Assembly: GCA_043779265.1 (NCBI GenBank)
Contig: JAYWEM010000033.1
Span: forward strand, 1-13,167
Direction of reading: 5' to 3'
DNA length: 13,167 nt
Source of the DNA: a bacterium
GTDB taxonomy: Bacteria; Eisenbacteria; RBG-16-71-46
The notes under the pieces are model-generated. The model was not told the DNA's origin. It saw only the letters and a program-made list of their open reading frames with translations, and searched no databases. Positions 7,501 through 13,167 of this stretch are shown here, one piece after another. Each line of letters starts with the position of its first letter. Positions within the stretch are counted from its first letter, which is position 1. A program made the translations under genes and the position numbers.

Positions 7501-7597
7501 CGATGCCCGCGGGCAGGCGGTGGGCAAGGGCGTCTACTTCTATCGCCTCACGGCGCCGGGATTCGCACAGACGCGCAAGTTGATCGTGCTGGAGTGA
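4562..7597 (+). CDS. Secreted subtilisin-like S8 serine protease with pro-domain, Ig-like/beta-sandwich modules, PPC domain and FlgD-Ig/T9SS-like C-terminal domain, 1011 aa
   Basis: GGAGG at 4550-4554 precedes ATG 4562; signal peptide MSRFPSRRGLTLLVSLALSMFAASGASA|Q. Catalytic triad: IAIIDSG (Asp 5240), HGTACAG (His 5342), NGTSCSTP (Ser 5927); oxyanion ATGN. Also a 'VTAPNGGE' Ig-like module, 'ESESNNT...DQDYF' PPC and a tail 'NAPNPF...GVYFYRL...TRKLIVLE'. Confidence 0.93.
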   Translation: MSRFPSRRGLTLLVSLALSMFAASGASAQESERPFGPVQLGFQPNAPRVATYVPGRVLVKLSSDAREAASRLDSEMKYGDVVREGLTGLDAVDQVIGKSGAGTVRKAYITLKNVDEAERLGIDRWIQIDTQSKMITTDLAAELARLPEVEAVSLDRIAFPAAVPADPLHSIHWGHNNTAQMLGYNWTNQNHTTGSPVGTVGFDTNAQVAWDGSQGFGSSSVIIAIIDSGVATAHPDLTQVTGWDFGDNDSNPHDNSAQAGHGTACAGVAAAKANSLGSAGAAPNCSIMPLKVANTAGTMAFTSIQNALYYAADNGAKIISMSLGAAIASDPATDAAITYAYNAGCTILAATGNENKTTISYPAVHDLVIGVGAASPCGDRKRSSSSSSEVNPGVSTDPNGYSCDGERWWGSNYGTTTAGAAGAVDVIAPTILPTTDLLGSAGYDPSDYSKWFNGTSCSTPYAAGVCALILSKNPTWTPAQIKAQLTSTAQDIVSVESAAGWDRYTGYGMVDAAAAVGGGTPPVDQVTVTAPNGGESLASGTSTNITWTSVGSFTTVNLDYSTNGGSTWTSIVANTPNDGSQAWTVPAIATTQGRVRVSGGTASDQSNANFTITVAPTGGYASLPYSTGFENAGAFDSFWTTAVTANGRVRLLTTNTPRTGSYHMVMDDATSGGFSQTEAKLGLNLSGQTQVNLSFWWKDFGDETHTQDGIYFSNNGGTSFTKVYNLTPGSFSDNTWRQLTLDLDALAATAGLALTSTFVVKFQQYDDYPISTDGMAFDDISVTAVTGPAAITAESESNNTSATADGPVGTGVAVTGTISSSTDQDYFYFDVSTAGNVNISLAIGSTADFDWFLYNSALVEVARGYSTANPEVGNYTAAAGRYYLMVDGYSTATGSYTLTVGGGLANAILPQQKDWVGLPGVTSLLANAPNPFKGTTAISFALAEKGAVTLDVLDLAGRVVATLAEGEYAAGTHTLRWAGRDARGQAVGKGVYFYRLTAPGFAQTRKLIVLE

Positions 7598-7628
7598 GCC
7601 GTCTCGCAGCTTGAGCCGGCCGCACGTG

Positions 7629-7660
7629 GCGGCCCCCCTCCAGGATGGAAGGGGGCCGTT
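7629..7660 (+). terminator. GC-rich hairpin after the S8 gene (terminator-like or 3' stabilising stem)
   Basis: GCGGCCCCC-C-TCCA/GGA/TGGA-A-GGGGGCCGT forms a 13-bp stem with one mismatch, ~30 nt after the stop. The U-tract is very short. Confidence 0.55.
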
Positions 7661-7749
7661 CGCGTGCCCGACGCCGAACAGCGTTCGCTTGCGGGCGCCG
7701 CACTCGCAAAGCCCCCGTGAAACCCCGCACCGAGCGGCCGGAACGGCTT

Positions 7750-7778
7750 TTGACGCGCCCATCCGAGGCGCATAGTCT
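7750..7778 (+). promoter_or_regulatory. Sigma70-type promoter for the nfu-mrp-iscS-pdxST-nrnA cluster
   Basis: TTGACG (7750-7755), 17 bp, then TAGTCT (7773-7778), ~60 nt upstream of the nfu start. Confidence 0.65.
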
Positions 7779-7838
7779 CCCTTGTTCTTCCAGCCAGCGG
7801 CTGCACGCCGCACTGTCCCCAGCCGCATCGGAGGCTCC

Positions 7839-8060
7839 ATGCGAGAGGACGTCGAGAAGGTCATCCAGCAGCTGCGGCCGATGGTGCAGGCCGACGGCGG
7901 CGACCTCGAGTTGGTGCAGGTCACCGACGCGGGGGTCGTGACCCTTCGCCTGCACGGCGCCTGCTCGGGCTGTGCCAGTTCCACCACCACGCTGCGCAAT
8001 GGCATCGAGCGCTACCTGCGCTACAAGCTGCCGCAGGTCACCGAGGTCGTCGCGGAGTGA
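7839..8060 (+). CDS. Stand-alone NifU-like C-terminal (Nfu) Fe-S carrier/scaffold protein, 73 aa
   Basis: GGAGG at 7830-7834 precedes ATG 7839; 'LRPMVQADGGDLELV...VTLRLHGACSGCASSTTTLRNGIE' with CxxC. Confidence 0.93.
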   Translation: MREDVEKVIQQLRPMVQADGGDLELVQVTDAGVVTLRLHGACSGCASSTTTLRNGIERYLRYKLPQVTEVVAE

Positions 8061-8082
8061 TCGCAAGAGGAGGGCCTCTCGC

Positions 8083-8208
8083 ATGATGTACGCGTCGGGT
8101 CTCGTCGTCGCCTTCGTGCTCATCGTGAGCACAGTGCTGGTGGCTGTGGTCATCAACCGGATCCGGGACTGGTTCGAAGCGCGCGCTGAGCGCGATCGCC
8201 TGCCCTGA
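8083..8208 (+). CDS. Small single-pass membrane protein of unknown function, 41 aa
   Basis: Strong SD (AAGAGGAGG 8065-8073) before ATG 8083. MMYASGLVVAFVLIVSTVLVAVVINRIRDWFEARAERDRLP is a hydrophobic helix followed by a charged tail, with host-like GC3 codons, and it fills the nfu-mrp gap. Confidence 0.65.
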   Translation: MMYASGLVVAFVLIVSTVLVAVVINRIRDWFEARAERDRLP

Positions 8209-8223
8209 TCGCCTCGAGGCTCC

Positions 8224-9294
8224 ATGTCCGGCATCACGCGCGAAACCGTTCTGGCCGCCCTCTCGACCGTGCAGGATCCCGACCTCCACCGGGACCTGGT
8301 CACGTTGGGGATGATCGAGGCCATCGAGATCGACGGCGGCACCGTCCGCTTCACGTTGGTGCTGACCACGTCCGCCTGCCCGCTCAAGGACCAGATCGAG
8401 GGCGATTGCCGCAACGCCGTCGGTGCGATCCCGGGTGTCACCGACATCCAGATGACCACGACGAGCCGGGTGCGCAAGGCCAAGGACCCCTCGGCTGATC
8501 GCAAGGCCCTGGCTGGCGTCGGCCATGTGATCGCAGTCGGCTCGGGCAAGGGTGGCGTCGGCAAGAGCACCGTGGCCGTCAACCTCGCGATCGCGCTCGC
8601 CCAGACCGGCTCCAAGGTCGGGATCCTGGACGGCGACATCTACGGCCCCAACCTGCCGCGCATGCTGGGAGTGAACCGTCAGCCGTTCCAGAAAGACGGC
8701 CGCATCATGCCGGTCGAGGCGCATGGCGTGCACCTCATGTCGATGGGGCTGCTCGTCGACCAGGGTGAGGCGGTCGTGTGGCGCGGCCCCATGCTGCACG
8801 GCGCCATCAAGTCGTTCCTGACCGATGTCGACTGGTCGGGCATGGACTACCTCATCGTCGATCTGCCTCCCGGTACCGGTGACGTGCAGCTTTCGCTCAT
8901 CCAGCAGACGGTGGTGACGGGCGCCGTCATCGTCACGACGCCCTCACAGGTGGCCATCGAGGATGCGGTCAAGGCGATCAACATGTTCGGCAAGCTCCAG
9001 GTGCCGGTGCTCGGTGTCATCGAGAACATGAGCTACTTCGTGTGCCCCGATTGCACGAGCCGGCACGACATCTTCTCGAGCGGCGATGGCGAACAGCGCG
9101 CACTGGCGATGGGTCTGCCGTTCCTGGGCACCCTGCCGATCGACCCGCTCGTGCGCGCCGGTGGCGACCGCGGCGCCCCTTCGGTCATCAGCACGCCCGA
9201 GAGCGAGACGACGGCGGCCTTCCGCCGGATCGCCGGCGTGCTGGCTCAGCGCGTCAGCATCACCACGCTCTCGGACGTCGGCGCACCTGCATGA
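8224..9294 (+). CDS. apbC: Mrp/ApbC/NBP35 family Fe-S cluster carrier ATPase with N-terminal DUF59 domain
   Basis: N-terminal 'VQDPDL.RDLV.LG...LTTSACP' (DUF59); deviant Walker A GKGGVGKS; DGDIYGP; VWRGPM; DLPPGTGD; ENMS..CPDC. Confidence 0.95.
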   Translation: MSGITRETVLAALSTVQDPDLHRDLVTLGMIEAIEIDGGTVRFTLVLTTSACPLKDQIEGDCRNAVGAIPGVTDIQMTTTSRVRKAKDPSADRKALAGVGHVIAVGSGKGGVGKSTVAVNLAIALAQTGSKVGILDGDIYGPNLPRMLGVNRQPFQKDGRIMPVEAHGVHLMSMGLLVDQGEAVVWRGPMLHGAIKSFLTDVDWSGMDYLIVDLPPGTGDVQLSLIQQTVVTGAVIVTTPSQVAIEDAVKAINMFGKLQVPVLGVIENMSYFVCPDCTSRHDIFSSGDGEQRALAMGLPFLGTLPIDPLVRAGGDRGAPSVISTPESETTAAFRRIAGVLAQRVSITTLSDVGAPA

Positions 9295-10463
9295 GACGCG
9301 TCCACGCCGACACCGCCGCCACCACGCGCCCCGACCCTGCGGTCGTGGCGGCGATGGCACCGTGGTGGGGCGAGGCGCATGCGAATGCCTCGAGTCTTCA
9401 TCGCCGAGGCGAGGCGGCGCGCGACGCGGTCGAGGCGGCGCGCGATCAGGTGGCGCGGCTGCTGGCCTGCGCGCCCGAGGAGATCGTGTTCTGCAGCAGC
9501 GGCTCCGAGAGCGACAACCTGGCTCTCAAGGGCTCGCTCGCGCTGGCCGAGGCTGGCAGGACTCGCGTGGTCACGACCGCGATCGAGCACAAGGCGGTCC
9601 TCGAGACCGCGCGCTGGCTCGAGTCGCAGGGGCACCCGCTGACCGTGGTCCCGGTGCGGGCCAATGGTCAGGTGGACCCCGATCGGCTGGCCGAGGCCCT
9701 GGGCCCCGATGTGGCGCTCGTCTCGGTGATGGCGGTCAACAACGAGACCGGCGTCATCCAGCCGCTCGAGGAGATCGGCTTGCGCGTTAAAGAGGCCGGC
9801 GCGCGATTCCATGTCGATGCGGTGCAGGCCGCCGGCAAGCTCCCGATCTCGGTCGACGCGTGGCAGGCGGACCTCGTCAGCATCGCGGGGCACAAGTTCC
9901 ACGGCCCGGTTGGGGCCGCCGCACTCTTCGTGCGCCGTCGCACGCGCTTGGCGCCGCTCGTCCATGGCGGTAGCCATGAGCGCGGCCGCCGGGCCGGCAC
10001 GCACGATGTCGCCGCGATCGTCGGCTTCGGCGTTGCCGCGGAACTCGCCGTGCGCCGCCTCGCCGAGGGCGAGCCCGCGCGAGTCGCCGAGTTGGGCGAA
10101 CTGCTGCTGGCGAGGCTGCTCGCGGGCGTTCCGGACTCGGCGCTGATCGGCGACCTGAACGCGCGCCTCGGGGGTATCCTCGATCTGTGCTTCCGTGGTG
10201 TTGATGGCGAGGCGGTTCTGCATGAGTTGGACCGCGTCGGCGTCGAGGTCTCGACGGGCTCGGCCTGCTCGAGCGGTGAGCAGGGTCCGAGCCACGTGCT
10301 GACGGCGATGGGATTGAGCCCGGAGGACGCTCACGCGAGTGTGCGGTTCTCCCTCGGGCGCGAACACACCGATGACGACATCGCCTGGATCGGCGAGGTG
10401 ACACCGCCCATCGTCGAACGCCTGCGTGCGTTGGCGGGACCGGCGAGAGCGAAGAGCGCCTAG
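9291..10463 (+). CDS. iscS: PLP-dependent cysteine desulfurase (group I, IscS/NifS-like), 390 aa
   Basis: ATGA overlap with the mrp stop; [47 protein letters not shown] (PLP lysine) and STGSACSSG (catalytic Cys). Confidence 0.93.
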   Translation: MRRVHADTAATTRPDPAVVAAMAPWWGEAHANASSLHRRGEAARDAVEAARDQVARLLACAPEEIVFCSSGSESDNLALKGSLALAEAGRTRVVTTAIEHKAVLETARWLESQGHPLTVVPVRANGQVDPDRLAEALGPDVALVSVMAVNNETGVIQPLEEIGLRVKEAGARFHVDAVQAAGKLPISVDAWQADLVSIAGHKFHGPVGAAALFVRRRTRLAPLVHGGSHERGRRAGTHDVAAIVGFGVAAELAVRRLAEGEPARVAELGELLLARLLAGVPDSALIGDLNARLGGILDLCFRGVDGEAVLHELDRVGVEVSTGSACSSGEQGPSHVLTAMGLSPEDAHASVRFSLGREHTDDDIAWIGEVTPPIVERLRALAGPARAKSA

Positions 10464-10469
10464 GCGCTC
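10454..10469. repeat. Perfect 16-bp palindrome GAGCGCCTAGGCGCTC spanning the iscS stop codon
   Basis: Self-complementary by direct reading; it ends 5 nt before the pdxS SD. Confidence 0.9.
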
Positions 10470-10488
10470 GAAGCGAGGAGGGGACGAC

Positions 10489-11455
<967 letters not shown>

Positions 11456-11475
<20 letters not shown>

Positions 11476-12091
11476 TCCGAAGCCTCGCCGAGGCGCCACG
11501 GCACCGAGGGTCGGCGTCCTGGCCCTGCAGGGTGACGTCGCGCTGCACGAGCGCGCACTGGCGGCCTGCGGCGCGCTCGGCATTCGCGTGACGCTGCCCG
11601 AGCATCTCGAGGGACTCGACGCCTTGATCCTGCCGGGCGGCGAATCGACGACCATGCTGCGGCTCATCGAATCGACCGGACTGCGCACGCCGTTGGCACG
11701 GTTCGTCGCGCGCAGACCTGTGCTCGGGACCTGTGCCGGGTTGATCCTGCTCGCCAAGCGAGCCGACCGGCTGCCGCATCCGACGCTCGCCGTGCTCGAC
11801 ATCGACGCCACGCGCAACGGCTACGGTCGTCAGGTCCACTCGTTCACGGACGATGTCGAACTGGCGCCGCTTCGGACCCGCTTCGAGGGCGTGTTCATCC
11901 GCGCCCCGCGCATCACGCGTCGCGGCAAGGGCGTGCAGGTGATCGCGACGCGCGAGCAAGAGGTGGTGGGTGTCCGGCAGGGCAAGGCGGTCGCCCTCGC
12001 GTTCCACCCCGAGCTGACGCCCGACACGCGGCTGCACGCGTGGTTCCTGCGGGACGTGGCGGGATTGCCGGTCACGCCGGGGGCCGCATGA
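11456..12091 (+). CDS. pdxT: Pyridoxal 5'-phosphate synthase, glutaminase subunit
   Basis: [23 protein letters not shown] (catalytic Cys), RNGYGRQ..SF, VFIRAP, FHPEL. TTG start at 11456 with GGAGGG upstream; exact start uncertain. Confidence 0.95.
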
Positions 12092-13128
12092 GCGTGCCGG
12101 TCGACACGACGTCACGTGAGGCGCTGATGGCGTTCCTCGCGCGGCATCAGAAGTTCCTGCTCACCACCCACGTCAATCCCGACGGTGATGCCATCGGCAG
12201 TGAGATCGCGTTCGGGCGCTGGCTCAAGGCGCAGGGCAAGCAGGTCCGGATCCTCAACGACTCGCCGACGCCGCTCGCGTTCGAATGGCTGACCGATGAG
12301 GACCCGGTCGATGTGCACGAGGAGGCGCTCACGGAGCGGCTCTTCGGCGAGGCGGATGCTCTGGTGGTGCTCGACACGAGCAACAAGCCGCGCATCGGCC
12401 GGCTGGCGGAGACACTCGACCGGCATGCGATCGCGGTGGCGATCGTCGATCATCACGCCACCCACGACGGCTTCGGCCAGGTGAATGTCATCGAGCCGCA
12501 GAAGGCCGCGACCGCGAGTCTGGTGTTCGAGTTGATGCGAGACGCAGGGAGCCCCATCGATGCCCGCTCCGCCGATGCGCTCTACGTGGGGCTGGCCACC
12601 GATACCGGCTACTTCCGCTACTCCAACACGGATGCGGCCTCCTTCGAGATGGCCGCCGAACTCGTGCGACTGGGTGTCGATCCGCAGAATGTCACCACGC
12701 GCGTCCAGGCCAGCGCGCCGCCCGGTCGGCTGCGCTTCTTCGGCGAGGCGCTCTCGGCGCTCGAGATGCTGGAGGACGGGCGGATCGCGGTGCTCGAAGT
12801 GGGGCCCGATGCCTTCGAGCGTCATCAGCTGACCGGCGCCGACACCGAGGGATTGGTCGACATGCCGCGGGTGATCGCCGGCGTCGAGGTCGTGGCGCTG
12901 TTCAGTGAGGGCAAGCCCGGGCGAGTCAAGGTCTCACTGCGCTCGACCGGCCGCGTCAACATCGACCAAGTGTGCTCGCGATCGGGCGGCGGTGGCCACC
13001 CGCATGCCGCCGGAGTCCTGCTGTTCGGGTCGCGAGCCGAGATCCGGGCGCGCATTCTGCCCGAGCTGGCGCAGCTGGTCGCAGCGATCGAACGCGCCCC
13101 CGCTTCGGGCGGCGCCGCACTCGCATGA
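12088..13128 (+). CDS. nrnA: DHH/DHHA1 phosphoesterase, bifunctional oligoribonuclease / pAp phosphatase (NrnA-like), 346 aa
   Basis: ATGA overlap with the pdxT stop; THVNPDGDAIGS, VLDTS, IVDHH, GLATDTG.F, KVSLRS, GGGGHPHAAG. Confidence 0.9.
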   Translation: MSVPVDTTSREALMAFLARHQKFLLTTHVNPDGDAIGSEIAFGRWLKAQGKQVRILNDSPTPLAFEWLTDEDPVDVHEEALTERLFGEADALVVLDTSNKPRIGRLAETLDRHAIAVAIVDHHATHDGFGQVNVIEPQKAATASLVFELMRDAGSPIDARSADALYVGLATDTGYFRYSNTDAASFEMAAELVRLGVDPQNVTTRVQASAPPGRLRFFGEALSALEMLEDGRIAVLEVGPDAFERHQLTGADTEGLVDMPRVIAGVEVVALFSEGKPGRVKVSLRSTGRVNIDQVCSRSGGGGHPHAAGVLLFGSRAEIRARILPELAQLVAAIERAPASGGAALA

Positions 13129-13167
13129 GTGTCGCGACGGCGAGTGCGCCTCAGGTGGTGTGCGAGG
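13125..13167 (+). CDS. Start of the next, translationally coupled ORF (MSVATASAPQVVCE...), 3'-truncated
   Basis: ATGA overlap with the nrnA stop, as at several upstream junctions. The frame is open to the window end but too short to assign a product. Confidence 0.5.
   Translation, partial: MSVATASAPQVVCE

Noticed and set aside
4371..7628. 11-bp inverted repeat CACGTGCGGCC (4371-4381) / GGCCGCACGTG (7618-7628) flanking the S8 gene; CACGTGCG also at 2801
   Set aside because: CACGTG also occurs several times inside coding regions here, the S8 gene has host-like codon usage, and no transposase is present. Probably chance.
7675..7687. CGAAC-N3-GTTCG as a LexA (SOS) box
   Set aside because: The Gram-positive-type box is GAAC-N4-GTTC; the spacing here is 3 and the site is not at rarA.
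6299..8005. 568-aa minus-strand ORF (also 7548..8639)
   Set aside because: Shadow of the S8, nfu and mrp genes; no recognisable domain.
9042..9290. 83-codon N-terminal extension of iscS in the ORF track
   Set aside because: It overlaps mrp; desulfurase homology starts at ATG 9291 (ATGA coupling).

Overview
High-GC bacterial DNA with all credible genes on the + strand. The order is: 3' end of an ECF/CbiO-type ABC ATPase; rarA/mgsA, probably starting at a CTG that overlaps the upstream stop; an accessory block (~1580-4390) holding an unannotated ApeA-like HEPN (R-X4-H) protein coupled to rarA and a DUF222-like/HNH endonuclease; a large secreted multidomain S8 protease with an FlgD-Ig/T9SS-like tail; then a probable operon behind a good sigma70 promoter: nfu (NifU-C) - 41-aa membrane peptide - mrp/apbC - iscS/nifS - pdxS - pdxT - nrnA (DHH) - truncated next ORF. 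The protease tail and the HNH family suggest an FCB-superphylum lineage such as Ca. Eisenbacteria (inference). The best candidates for novelty are (i) the HEPN + HNH cassette behind rarA, (ii) DNA-level structure in and around the HNH gene (18-bp in-ORF palindrome, imperfect inverted repeats flanking the ORF, a G-quadruplex motif, an HN->HT active-site change), and (iii) an Fe-S operon lacking IscU/SufBCD in this window that carries PLP synthesis genes and a small membrane protein. No rRNA, tRNA or CRISPR array was seen. All assignments come from motif reading; no searches were run.
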